Under the pieces are notes generated by a model. That model saw only the letters and a list, made by a program, of their open reading frames with translations. It was not told where the DNA came from and searched no databases. DNA of 63,663 bases, filler included, from Octopus bimaculoides (Eukaryota), in the NCBI RefSeq assembly GCF_001194135.2. It is 4 parts of 4 records of this genome, joined end to end, with 100 filler letters (N's around TTAATTAATTAA, not from the genome) between each part and the next. Parts side by side here need not be neighbours in the genome. Positions count along the whole stretch, not along the records: positions 31,360 to 44,678 come from NC_068986.1; positions 44,779 to 58,883 come from NW_026379247.1; 2 more parts are not named here. One strand, given 5' to 3'. Positions 37,665 through 50,699 of the stretch are shown here, piece by piece. Every line of letters starts with the position of its first letter. Position 1 is the first letter of the stretch. The position numbers were made by a program, and so were the translations under genes.

Positions 37665-40085
37665 NNNNNNNNNNNNNNNNNNNNNNNNNNNNNNNNNNNN
37701 NNNNNNNNNNNNNNNNNNNNNNNNNNNNNNNNNNNNNNNNNNNNNNNNNNNNNNNNNNNNNNNNNNNNNNNNNNNNNNNNNNNNNNNNNNNNNNNNNNNN
37801 NNNNNNNNNNNNNNNNNNNNNNNNNNNNNNNNNNNNNNNNNNNNNNNNNNNNNNNNNNNNNNNNNNNNNNNNNNNNNNNNNNNNNNNNNNNNNNNNNNNN
37901 NNNNNNNNNNNNNNNNNNNNNNNNNNNNNNNNNNNNNNNNNNNNNNNNNNNNNNNNNNNNNNNNNNNNNNNNNNNNNNNNNNNNNNNNNNNNNNNNNNNN
38001 NNNNNNNNNNNNNNNNNNNNNNNNNNNNNNNNNNNNNNNNNNNNNNNNNNNNNNNNNNNNNNNNNNNNNNNNNNNNNNNNNNNNNNNNNNNNNNNNNNNN
38101 NNNNNNNNNNNNNNNNNNNNNNNNNNNNNNNNNNNNNNNNNNNNNNNNNNNNNNNNNNNNNNNNNNNNNNNNNNNNNNNNNNNNNNNNNNNNNNNNNNNN
38201 NNNNNNNNNNNNNNNNNNNNNNNNNNNNNNNNNNNNNNNNNNNNNNNNNNNNNNNNNNNNNNNNNNNNNNNNNNNNNNNNNNNNNNNNNNNNNNNNNNNN
38301 NNNNNNNNNNNNNNNNNNNNNNNNNNNNNNNNNNNNNNNNNNNNNNNNNNNNNNNNNNNNNNNNNNNNNNNNNNNNNNNNNNNNNNNNNNNNNNNNNNNN
38401 NNNNTATATATATATATATGTTTATATGTAACCACCCATCTATATAAATATGCACGCGTGTATGTGTGTGTGTTTGATTGTCTGTCTATTTGACTATTTA
38501 TGTGGGATATTGTGTATACATCTACATGTATATATTCAGTTGCAACTATGATGTACTACTATACACAACAGGTTCTTTGTATTGGAAGTCTTCAGTTTGT
38601 TTTTAAAATAGTGTGCGCTTCACTTCAGGAAAGTGTGCTTGCAATTTGTAGCAGGTCCGGTACTACTAGCGAGAACCCTTCATAGGTCCTTTACATGCTT
38701 TCCAAGTACAAAGACGGGAGATCAACAGAATTCCTCGAACCTGATCTAGAACACCTTCACGATTTTTCTTCTGTCTTTTAGCCCAAGAAATTTTACAAGT
38801 CTCTTACTGGATCTAGTCTTTCTCTTCTTTCCTGTTACTCTTTCTCTCTATGTATTTTACAAATTTATAAATTCACATGTATTGATAATGTCCATCTTTC
38901 TAAAATAGTGCTGTGCCTTTTCTTCGTGATAATTGCGTAAACATCATATGTGTTCGTGGAATACTCAACAACTTCTACGTTTATATCACAAGTCATTCGA
39001 ACAAGAGAAGGCTCATCGTTGGTTTCTAAGAATAATCTACCACTGCAGAGATGTTTGGCAGAATCGGTTAGTAAACTTAGCGAACGCCATAAGCTATTTA
39101 GTTATAAAGCTTTTCTTTCTCAGGTCGGAACCCGCCGAAAACTGCAATGGGTTCTATTCTTCAAGGGTCAGTAAGCGTACACCTAAATTATCCTTTTCAT
39201 GTAATCTTTAATACTTTATGTGAGACTTTGGATCTGAATATGCAATTTGGTATTGGATTACCTTTACAGAGAATAACTTGAATGTGTATGGACAACACAT
39301 ACGTTTTAATTATGGAGACAATTCTTCTTAAGAGACGAAATCTAACAGTGAATAGTATAATTGCGTCCAGGTTTTCTTGAGCATATTTAAAAGTGAATAT
39401 AAACAACACTGTGTTTTTATTACATATATATATATATATATATATATATAGNNNNNNNNNNNNNNNNNNNNNNNNNNNNNNNNNNNNNNNNNNNATATAT
39501 ATATATATATATATATATATATACGCACACACACACATATATGTATACATTTAGGTAGTTATATATATACATGCATACGTACGTACATACATACATGCGT
39601 ACGTACATACATACATACATACATACATACATACATGCATGCATACATACATACATACATACATACATACATACATACATGTGTGTATCCGCGTGAGTGT
39701 GTGTTTTTGTGTGTGTATATGCAAGGGTAAATTTATGCACCACGACTTCATATCTCATGCTAAATAACGCAGCATTCTCTGTTCTAACACAACTTCCACT
39801 TTCTGTTGAAGATAAATATTACCTTTTTTGATATCAAAACTTGCTAATATCCAGGTCGTTACCGTGGTAGATCTCACGTATATTCCCGCTTTGAACCACA
39901 CTTTTTGAAGGAGCCTGAATGAATGTGCACAAAAAATTATGTGCGGTTATATGTGCAACTGCACATACTCTGTCCAGTAGAAACACGTGTAGGTCAATTT
40001 ACCCAACAAACTGTGTTGTATGACAAACGGTAAAATTTGAATAGAAATTTTATGATGCACCACACTTTGTATTCATTATAATTAT

Positions 40086-40251
40086 AGGCACAGGTGTGGC
40101 TGTGCGGTAAGTAGCTTGCTTACCAACCACATGGTTCTGGGTTCAGTCCCACTGCGTGGCACCTTGGGCAAGTGTCTTCTACTATAGCCTCGGGCCGACC
40201 AAAGGCTTGTGAGTGGATTTGGTAGACGGAAACTGAAAGAAGCCCGTCGTA

Positions 40252-40290
<39 letters not shown>

Positions 40291-40385
40291 NNNNNNNNNN
40301 NNNNNNNNNNNNNNNNNNNNNNNNNNNNNNNNNNNNNNNNNNNNNNNNNNNNNNNNNNNNNNNNNNNNNNNNNNNNNNNNNNNNN

Positions 40386-40447
<62 letters not shown>

Positions 40448-40650
40448 TGTGTCTGTGTTTGTCCCCCCAGCATCGCTTGACAACCGATGCTGGAGTGTTT
40501 ATGTCCCCGTAACCTAGCGGTTCGGCCAAAGTGACCGATAGAATAAGTACTAGGCTTCCAAAGAATAAGTCCTGGGGTCGATTTGCTCGACTAAAGGCGT
40601 TGCTCCAGCATGGCCGCAGTCAAATGACTGAAACAAGTAAAAGAGTAAAG
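40086..40650 (+). mobile_element. SINE family A, full length (gap inside its internal microsatellite)
   Basis: tRNA-like head, CCTTGGGCAAGTGTCTT core, (TA)n-gap-(TG)n, second module, GTAAAAGA tail. Confidence 0.9.
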
Positions 40651-41317
40651 TAGTAATTATTTGAAACTAGCTTAAAAACTGCAGACCGCGCTGACTTTTA
40701 AGATAGCTCCTGCTATTTTAAGATAGTTCTGCTGATTTTTAAGACATTTATTATTATTATTATTAATGCTATCATTATTATTATTATTATTATTATTACT
40801 ATTATTACTATTAAGGTGACAAGCTGCCAGAGTCGTGTGTACACCGTGCAAAATACTTACCGACATTTCGTCCATCCTTACATACTGAGTTCAATTACGT
40901 CTGTAATAACTATATGCTCCAGTGACTTTGATCAGAGGTTAAGGATGATTGAGAATTAATTCTGTACTGCAATCATTCTATTGTTCCAGTCCTTAGTTGA
41001 TATCCATCTATTAGCCAATTTGTCCCAAATTTTTTTATCTTACGTAAAATTAACGAAGCGAATGTCATCTTCTCCTTGATATCTGACGTTATCTGGCAAA
41101 TGCCAACAAATATGGTGTGTAGCAGCCAGGTTTTGCCTGCTAGAAATAGCAATCCAAATGCTTTTAAATCAGATCCCAATGCTGGATGTTGAAGAACCAA
41201 ATGACGGGCAGATTTTGCAATTCCGCTATCATCCTGATTCCAGAACGGTATATATGTCTATGTAGAACCAATGTAGACTGAGATACAGGGGCTCTAGAAA
41301 AAGACAGAATTTCGCGT

Positions 41318-41324
41318 TTATTAA

Positions 41325-41421
<97 letters not shown>

Positions 41422-41945
41422 ATTGTTATTATCATTATTATAATAAATATTATTGAGTGAGAGAGCAGCAATAGCCGTCAAAGTGACACTGGAATAAAAT
41501 ATACGAAGCCAAGTATACCCATCATAACTACCCATCTCATAAGGATATACCAGGCTCATGCATCACAACCGTATGTGCGCGATATGGTGATCTTATATCA
41601 AAATAAACAGTGCATGACTTTGTAGGTGGGGTCCAGTCAGAATTTTCTTCAGTTTAACTAGCCCATCCCACTCAAACTGTCCCTGGATAAGTGTTGTTTA
41701 AGGATATTGAACGAAATACCAATGTTTCCAGAAGTGAATTATTCAAACCCCAAAGAATTCCTCTCAACACATGGTTATGATGCTCCCCACTATTTCTTCT
41801 CGCGATCAGAGATGCACATATCGTCAGCCACCAAGGGACATGCTCAACTGATTAATGTCAAACAACTCACAAGCAAATCTGTGGTATTAATCAGAATATT
41901 TGCTGTCGCCCATTTTTTATACCAAGACAAAATAATGTACGTAAC
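41318..41945 (-). mobile_element. Unclassified ~490-bp unique-sequence block ending in a long (AAT)n/(AAC)n tract (possible retroelement 3' end)
   Basis: Minus strand ends ...GCTGCTCTCTCACTCAATAAT followed by a ~130-bp triplet tract. No coding motif was recognised and no second copy is present in the window. Confidence 0.4.
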
Positions 41946-41984
41946 GCTTCCAATTAGTTAAGATCAAAAGCTATGTGAGCCTCT

Positions 41985-42392
41985 GCCTGGGACTGCACCA
42001 GGACATTTATTCCAATTTCCTTTATACTCCTCGTGATGCCTTCTGATTCTGTCCTCAAGGACGCAACAATAATTGGCACTATCTTTACCGTCATCATTTT
42101 CCATAGTCAAGCTATTTCGTACTTAAGAGCATTGTATTGATCTATCTTTAACGCCTTCCTTCTTTACTATTCGTGAGTCAAAGGGGCATACAACATCAAG
42201 TATATAGCATTTGTGGTGCGCCTTGTTCACCACCACTAGGTCTGGTCTGTTGTGTTCTAGACCTGATCTGTTTGGATTAGAAAATCCCAGAGAATTTTAC
42301 TTGTCTCCGACACCGCCACTCTCTGCGGTTTGTTCTCATACCACATTTTGTCTCTTTCGCACAGTTTCCAATGTAGCACTTTCGCTACCTGA
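41985..42392 (-). mobile_element. Degraded R4/Dong-like LINE fragment, restriction-like endonuclease domain (second lineage)
   Basis: QVAKVLHWKLC...WYENKPQRVAVSETSKILWDFLIQTDQV(fs)LEHNRPDLVVVNKAHHKCYILDVVCPFDSRIVKKE...VKIVPIIVASL, i.e. a PD-(D/E)xK core. The 5' junction abuts (TAA)n(CAA)n. Confidence 0.8.
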
Positions 42393-42401
42393 TTGTTGTT
42401 G

Positions 42402-42441
<40 letters not shown>

Positions 42442-42928
42442 CACACGCGCACACACACGCACACACACACACACACGCATTTTCGTTATTAATAGTCGGC
42501 AGATGTTACAGAATGACTCGAGGGTGCCGGCGTTTTGGGCATTGGCACTTATCAAATCAAGCGGGGCTTACATCTATTTACAGGTCATAAACGTACTTCC
42601 ATGGCTTGGTAAATAAATTCTGAAATTATAAAAAAAAAACAATTACAATGTCGCGTGGATAATACATATTTTTCAGATGGTTTGCCTGTGACGCCGCTCA
42701 ATAAATAATTAAATTTAAAAAATGAGTAAAATTTAAAGATACGTATTCATACGTATGTACACAGAAATGAGGGTTCCCGTGAATATGTAGGCGTACATGT
42801 AAATACAGTGTGTACAGGAATACACCCACATACACATAAATGTACTCATACTCACGTTTTCAGTTTTATTTTCTTATGTGCATCAGCAAACTTATGCATA
42901 CATACATATATGTATGTATATATGTATG

Positions 42929-42962
<34 letters not shown>

Positions 42963-43014
42963 TGTGTATCTATGAATGCATGCCTTCTTTTATTTTTTAC
43001 ACGTTGGCCAAGCT

Positions 43015-43128
43015 GCAGCACAACCATGTGCAGCACCACCATGTGAAGCACCACCGTGTGCAGCACCATCATGTGCAGCACTACCATGTGCAGCACCACC
43101 ATGTGCAGCACCACCATGTGCAGCACCG
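43015..43128. repeat. 15-bp GC-rich minisatellite GCAGCACCACCATGT x7.6
   Basis: Seven full units with single substitutions plus a partial eighth. Confidence 0.92.
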
Positions 43129-44636
43129 CTAATAGTATACATATTTATATTGTATGTATGATATGGATAGATACACACAGGTACGCATGTATGTAACATG
43201 TGTACAAATATATATATATATATATAATCATAAATATATAGGGATTGACAGTAACCTGCTTCTCCAACATACTGAGAATTCAGAAATAGCAGTCAAAGAA
43301 CTACTGATTTCAAAACTACAAATTATTACTCTAGATTGATAGCGATATTTTTGATACACACAGAACAAAAAACAGTAGAGAAGAGTAAAAAAACACTTGC
43401 CTTTAGTTAATTTAGTACAATTGTTTCACAGTTAAGAGTACATAATACTCTATTCTGATCTTCAGCTAAATATTCTAATAAACTTGTTAATGTCTAAATA
43501 ACTCNNNNNNNNNNNNNNNNNNNNNNNNNNNNNNNNNNNNNNNNNNNNNNNNNNNNNNNNNNNNNNNNNNNNNNNNNNNNNNNNNNNNNNNNNNNNNNNN
43601 NNNNNNNNNNNNNNNNNNNNNNNNNNNNNNNNNNNNNNNNNNNNNNNNNNNNNNNNNNNNNNNNNNNNNNNNNNNNNNNNNNNNNNNNNNNNNNNNNNNN
43701 NNNNNNNNNNNNNNNNNNNNNNNNNNNNNNNNNNNNNNNNNNNNNNNNNNNNNNNNNNNNNNNNNNNNNNNNNNNNNNNNNNNNNNNNNNNNNNNNNNNN
43801 NNNNNNNNNNNNNNNNNNNNNNNNNNNNNNNNNNNNNNNNNNNNNNNNNNNNNNNNNNNNNNNNNNNNNNNNNNNNNNNNNNNNNNNTATATATATATAT
43901 ATATACATATATATGTATGTATGTATGTATGTATGTTTGTATATATATATACGACTTATATAAATACGCGCTTATATATATACGTTTGTAAAGGTGGGTG
44001 TATGTGTGTGGTGTGTGTTTGTGTGTGAAGGAACTAAACACATACTCAATGGAACACACAAAGAGACCCTAAAATACGTGTATTGTGAACAGCCTTCTGT
44101 AGAAAACAAAAACTCTTCAAAGCAGCGCAGCTAGAATCCCTGCGAAAAGACCAAAAGTGGAAGTGTATTCCAAATAATGGAAAACAAGCAATTTTCATAG
44201 GATTGGAATAATGGAATTGATAATGTTAATAGACTAAGGGGACGCTTGCAGAATTCGATTTCCGATGGTCAATGGCTGAAGCCATACATGGCCATCCCCA
44301 TCTAAATACATTCCTCGCTATGTTTGTGTGTGAGATTGAGTAGTGGTCAGCTGTGTGTACCAAGTGTGTAGATGCGTAAGGATGTGCGTTTGTGTGTTTG
44401 TGCGTTCGTGTTTGTGTGTGTGGGGTGGGTAAATGTGTGTATGCATGTGTAGGGCTTGTGAATGTGTTTGTGTATGAGATTATATTTGATTGTTATTTGT
44501 TTGTTGGTGTGTTTCATTTAATGCAAATAGTCACGTTATATATGTATGTATGCATGCATTTATGTATGCGAGTATGCATATATATGAATGTATGTATATA
44601 TTCATATATACATATATGTGTGTATATATATATATG

Positions 44637-44678
<42 letters not shown>

Positions 44679-44778
44679 NNNNNNNNNNNNNNNNNNNNNN
44701 NNNNNNNNNNNNNNNNNNNNNNTTAATTAATTAANNNNNNNNNNNNNNNNNNNNNNNNNNNNNNNNNNNNNNNNNNNN

Positions 44779-44832
<54 letters not shown>

Positions 44833-44954
44833 TACATATATGTATATGTATATGTGCATGTATATTTGTATCTCTCTCTGTATATATATAATATATATAT
44901 ATATATAGATACGTTTGTATGTATAAAAATGTATGTACATGTATCCTTAATAAC

Positions 44955-44994
<40 letters not shown>

Positions 44995-45000
44995 GTAGTA

Positions 45001-45053
<53 letters not shown>

Positions 45054-45397
45054 AATAATAATAGTTTCAAATTTTGCCACAAGGGCAACATCTTGGTCTG
45101 AGGGGATGAGTCGATTACATCAATGCCAGTGTTCAACTGGTCTTTACTTTATGGACTCCTACAGTGTGGCTTTTAAGCTAGTAGACACACACACACACAC
45201 ACACGCACACATGTAGAGAATTAGTAATAATGATACACTCCACCCGTGTGACAAGTGGTATGGCTTAGTCACTATAAATAGGAGAGTACGTAGTAGACGA
45301 AAAGATAGTCTATTCATATATAGGTGCCCATGTTAATATTTAAGGGGCCCATCTCCTCACGTTAGAGAGAATTTTTATTCACTCCTGGAATGTGTGC

Positions 45398-45432
<35 letters not shown>

Positions 45433-45819
45433 NNNNNNNNNNNNNNNNNNNNNNNNNNNNNNNNNNNNNNNNNNNNNNNNNNNNNNNNNNNNNNNNNNNN
45501 NNNNNNNNNNNNNNNNNNNNNNNNNNNNNNNNNNNNNNNNNNNNNNNNNNNNNNNNNNNNNNNNNNNNNNNNNNNNNNNNNNNNNNNNNNNNNNNNNNNN
45601 NNNNNNNNNNNNNNNNNNNNNNNNNNNNNNNNNNNNNNNNNNNNNNNNNNNNNNNNNNNNNNNNNNNNNNNNNNNNNNNNNNNNNNNNNNNNNNNNNNNN
45701 NNNNNNNNNNNNNNNNNNNNNNNNNNNNNNNNNNNNNNNNNNNNNNNNNNNNNNNNNNNNNNNNNNNNNNNNNNNNNNNNNNNNNNNNNNNNNNNNNNNN
45801 NNNNNNNNNNNNNNNNNNN

Positions 45820-45980
45820 AATATATATGTGTGTGTGTCTGTTTGTGCTCCCCACCATCGCTTGACAACAGATGTTGATGGTGCTTACATCCCCGTAACA
45901 TAGCGGTTCGGCAAAAGAGACCGATAGAATAAGTACTAAGCTTACAAAGAATAAGTCCTGGAATCGATTTCTTCGTCTAA
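45820..45980 (+). mobile_element. SINE family A, 3' module (5' half probably in the preceding gap)
   Basis: CCATCGCTTGACAAC.GATG...GTAACATAGCGGTTCGGCAAAAGAGACCGATAGAATAAGTACT... Confidence 0.75.
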
Positions 45981-46001
45981 AAAAAGAAAAGAAAAAAAAA
46001 A

Positions 46002-46372
46002 CAGGTGCGGGAGTGGCTATGTGGTAAGTAGCTTGCTTACCAACCACATGGTTCTGAGTTCAGTCCCACTGCGTGGCACCTTGTGCAAGTGTCTTCTACT
46101 ATAGCCTCGGGCCGACCAAAGCCTTGTGGGTGGATTTGGTAGACGGAACCTGAAAGAAGCCTGTTGTATATATGTATACATATATATGTATATGTGTGCG
46201 TATCTGTTTGTGTGTTTACGTCCCCGTAACTTAGCGGTTCAGCAAAAGAGACCGATAGAATAAGTTCTAGGCTTACAAAGAATAAGTCCTGGGTTTCGAT
46301 TTGCTCGACTAAAGGCGGTGCTCCAGCATGGCCGCAGTCAAATGACTGAAACAAGTAAAAGAATAAAAGAAT
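46002..46372 (+). mobile_element. SINE family A, near full length
   Basis: Head, core, short internal (TA/TG)n, second module and tail are all present. Confidence 0.9.
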
Positions 46373-47070
46373 ATTTACTCACAACAGAAACACCCTCAAA
46401 CACACACACACACACACACACACCACAGAAAAGACATATGGACTCACACATAAGCACAACACACCAACACTCAACCATACCATCATATACATACACCACT
46501 TACATAATCCTCACAAGCGAAGACGGTATCGTCTGTCTGTCATCCTACCGCGCTCCCACTCTCCCTTTCTTTCTCCTTCCCCTTCTCTCACTATCTCTCC
46601 TTATTTTCTCCTGTGCCTTTCCCTCCCTCAATCTTCCCGTCTGCCCCTCTCTCATCATCTCTCTCTTTCCCTTCATCTCCCGTTGTCGGCTGCTCTTTCG
46701 CTTTCACTTTTTGTACATTTGCCACACTCTTCCCCTGTCTGTCTGTCTGTCTGTTTATATCTAATTCTGTTAACTTTTCTCCCCCTTTCTCACACGCTTT
46801 CTTCTCTTTCGTTTTCCCCGTATATATATCTATATCTATAAAAGAGAGGATGTGTGTGTGTGTTTGCGTGTACGTGAATGTAGTTTATGCATGTCCACAA
46901 ATTAGCACGCATGTCGCTCCAATTTTAGGAAGACATTGTTCATGACCCTACCTGTGTTTTCGTTAACTTTTTCTCTCAGAGGCACCCGCGTATAGCTGTA
47001 AAAATTGATAAACTTTTACCAATTTTGAAGACACCCTTGCTTGTTCCTCCCTTTTCTAGCTTTCACTTAC

Positions 47071-47172
47071 CTGGAGTCAGACACTCATAGCTTTCTCGCC
47101 ACAGGCTTCCATCTACTCATGAATCTCTTTCGTGACAGGTATTATTACTCTCTACTCGACTAACGCTTTGTG
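47071..47172 (-). other. Candidate non-coding (5'UTR/lncRNA) exon
   Basis: Acceptor tatttattcttcag| and perfect donor CCAG|gtaagt bound 102 nt; all three frames contain stops. Confidence 0.25.
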
Positions 47173-47867
47173 CTGAAGAATAAATATATTGAGTTCTGTA
47201 CCAGGTTATTAGTCTTGCATCACTTAAGCGAAACATATGTAGTGGCACGAAATTATAGCCGTCATTGAGGAAGTACTATCTGCACATGAGCAAGGGACTT
47301 GCCTTTCTGGAAGCCCTTCGAGTGCGCATGCGTAGTAAAATTAGTACTTAAAGAGTTTGTTTCACTTTGTAAGTCTCTTGAGCACGACACCTTCTACATG
47401 ACAACACCTCGCTTCTCTACGAAGCACTCTTCACCACGATGCCTTCGATGTGATAGCTATTTGCTCCTCTGGCATACATCAAGGAAGCTCTTAACCTTCC
47501 AATACCAATTACAACTTAATCAGCGTCTGCTAAGCTGAGTGACACAGGATTTGTAAAACCAAGCATCATCAAAAATAAAACTTATTTTTATTATGTTGTT
47601 AAATTGTTCTAATGTCTCTTTATATATAATTATGTTGAAAAGTGATAGAGAGAGACTAATGTCTCTATTACAACTATCAACCTTTTACACATACATACAT
47701 ACATAGGTGTGGGCGCAGTCGTGTGGTAAGAATTTTGCTTGCCAACCACATGGTTCTGGGTTCAATCCCAGTATGTAAAACTCCGGACAAATGTCTTCTA
47801 TAGACGCGAGCTGGCCAAAGCCTTGTGAATGGTAAATAAGTGAAAGCACACACATACACAACACACA

Positions 47868-48008
47868 TTGTTGTTGGTGGCACTTCGTCGCTTACGACGT
47901 CGAGGGTTCCAGTTGATCCGATCAACGGAACAACCTGCTCGTGAAATTAACGTGCAAGTGGCTGAGCACTCCACAGACACGTGTACCCTTAACGTAGTTC
48001 TCGGGGGA
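47868..48008 (-). mobile_element. SINE family B, 3' tail fragment (next to a degenerate family A head at 47704-47850, + strand)
   Basis: Matches 4030-4167 in inverted orientation. Confidence 0.8.
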
Positions 48009-48689
48009 TATATATATATATATATATACGCATACATTTATGCATATATATATATATATATAAATGAAACATTCAAACACTGAGATTTGAAGTTAGATGT
48101 CATATCACACCTACATATATACATACATATATACATACATACATACACATACATACATACATTTATGTGTGTGTGTATGTGTATAGGAAAAATATATTGC
48201 ACTTCCGAAGTTGTTACTCAAGCACTCAACTATGAGTCCATGGCATCCTACAGCAGAAACAACTGTAAGCTAATGGAGTTCATAAGATAATCGTGTATTT
48301 CTTGTCTCATTTTCTTACACACACACACACATTTTTAATCAACAAAAATTATAAAGTGACTCAGTTGCCGAGAGCTCCAATAGAGAGCACTTATTAAACT
48401 GAATGAGACTCTCTTCATTCGAGTCATAAATAGCTATATATATATACATTCCCAGAGAATTATTTAATTACATTAAAAAGGTACACGCATGTCTGTGAGA
48501 GCAATCACTCATTTACACTGCATAATTCTCCCCCCAGTCAATTCATTTGATCAAACAGGTGAAAAAAAACCATTTGCATCGTCGCAACCGACGAAGAAGC
48601 ATGTAAGAAGACCACTACTCTCTCTCTCTCTTTCCCACACACACGCACACGCATGCACGCACACACACACACACACGAATCCATCGATA

Positions 48690-49680
48690 TTTTTCACTTT
48701 CTCCCTTTCTTTGTTTCTCCCACATAATTTCTCCCCTTCTCTTTTATTATTTCATTCTTTTTTAATTTCACTCTCACCTCCCCTGTACCAAATATCACTC
48801 TTTTCCTTTTCCTCCCTCCGTTTACTCTCCCCTTCACTACATTGCACTCTTACTCTCTCTTTTCACCAATATCCTCTCCTTCACTATGTTTTCTGTCTAC
48901 TTCCATTGCTTTCTTTTGGTCGTTTTTTTCTCTTTTCTTTCCTTTCTACCATGTCTTATTCCCTTTTCCTTCTACCCTGTTTCTCTCCCCTTCATACCAA
49001 TTGTTGTTTTCCTCTCTCTTCCCTTAACTTCTCACTCTCCCTCTCTCTGTTTTTACTTTCTCTTTCCTCGGCATTCTTTTGTAACAGATTTTTATTCCCC
49101 CTCTCTATAAAGTTTTACCCTGTTCCTTTCAAACTATTCCCTTTCAATCTCTCCCACACTACATTCTTGCTTTCTCTCTCTTCCTCTCCCTTCAATTCAC
49201 TTTGCTTTCTCTCTCCCTCTTACATCTTTCTTTCCCTTTCTAATCATTTTAATTTTTCTCCCTATCAAGTTTTACTCTGTTCCTTTCACTCTACCCTTCC
49301 CCTATCTTCACTGACGTTTTTCTTCCTTCTCCCCCTCTCTCTTTCTATTGCTCCCGCCCTGTTTTCCTCTTCCTCTAGACTTTTCTTCCCTCTCCCTTTC
49401 AAATCCTACTCTATTCTTTTCACTAAAACTCCTCTCACCATCACCACAGTTTTTCTTTATCACTCTTCTCTTTTCAACTTTCCCCCTCTTGCTTATTTTC
49501 TTACCAGTGTTTTTTTCCTCCCCTTCTTTATCTCTTTTTTCTCCACCTTTTAAATTTCTACATCTTCCTTCTGTTCTTCCCCCTACACAAAAATCGCCCT
49601 TCCTCCTTCTCTCACTCTGTGATGCTTCCCCCTTCATCTCTTCCTGTCCCTATCCCTACCCCCCTCACTCTGTCTCTCGC
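48690..49680 (+). repeat. ~1-kb polypyrimidine (C/T) low-complexity tract
   Basis: Overwhelmingly C/T on the + strand. The 354-aa F/L/S ORF is a compositional by-product. Confidence 0.85.
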
Positions 49681-50222
49681 TCTCTACCACGCGCACAGTC
49701 ACACATACGCAAACACACACATATACACCCATAGACACCATCATATCCCCACACCACCACCACCACCACCACCACATTCATTACCACGGGAAGGGCTCGA
49801 CGATGTACATGGACACTCCACCTGCTAGAGGTAATAGCCAAAAATCCTCCTGCCAAAAGAGAAAAAAAAATGGAAAAAACCCGCCATATCCGATCGTCTG
49901 CTTTAAGAAAGGTTTAAGATGCATTCGATAATGCAGTTCTGGCTTCAGATATTGAATGGGATAGTCACGGGTGGAACATCTTTGATGAGGTCAGGCCGTT
50001 TGATTATAGAGCTGACCTGGTCTGTTAGAAATAGCAGCCAAATTTTCCTCTGCTCACACACTTTAATCGTCTTTAAAGTGGTGTCGGGAAAGATATATTG
50101 GACAAAGTAGTGTTAAGAATTTCCACGGCTGGAATATCTTTGATCTCAGAGCTGCTTGACTCGGGCTGAGCCGTGGCAAAAAAAACAAAAAAAACAGCAA
50201 GAGAATTCACACGCACACACAC

Positions 50223-50655
50223 ACTTGTTTCAATGAATTTGACTGCGGCCATGCTGGAGCACCGCCTTAAAGTGTCTTAGTCGTAAAAATCGACCCCAGG
50301 ACTTATTCTTTGTAAGCCCAGTACTTATTATATCGGTCTCTGTTTTGCCGAACCGCTAAGTTACGGGGGACATAAACACACCAACATCGGTTGTCAAGCA
50401 ATGGTGTGGGTCAGACACACACATATATATAAAGATATATATGTATATATAGACATACACAAACATATACACACACACACATATATATACATACTTACAC
50501 GCACTCTCACACACACACATATGACGGGCTTCTTTCAGTTTCCGTTTACCAAATCCACTCACCAGGCTGTTTTGGTCGGTACAAGGCACCACGCAGTGGA
50601 GCTGAATATAGAACCATGTGTGTGTGTGTGTGTGGTAAGCTTCTTACCACACACA
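50223..50655 (-). mobile_element. SINE family A, inverted copy
   Basis: Reverse complement of the tail, second module, microsatellite and head of 46002-46372. Confidence 0.82.
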
Positions 50656-50699
50656 CATATACATATATACATATCAATATAGACACACGCACACAGATA

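Noticed and set aside
39124-39170. Apparent plus-strand mini-exon (ttttctttctcag|...TCA|gtaagc)
   Set aside because: The sequence aligns with a decayed family C SINE (GGCAGAATCG head at ~39057, CCGCCGA, TTC.T.CTT...GGGTC), so the splice-like signals are probably coincidental.
43015-43128. Regular repeats as a CRISPR-like array
   Set aside because: Units are contiguous with no unique spacers, in a eukaryotic context with no cas genes.
48489-49553. 354-aa F/L/S-rich ORF resembling a membrane protein
   Set aside because: A pyrimidine-only strand cannot form many stop codons; no splice signals or motifs.
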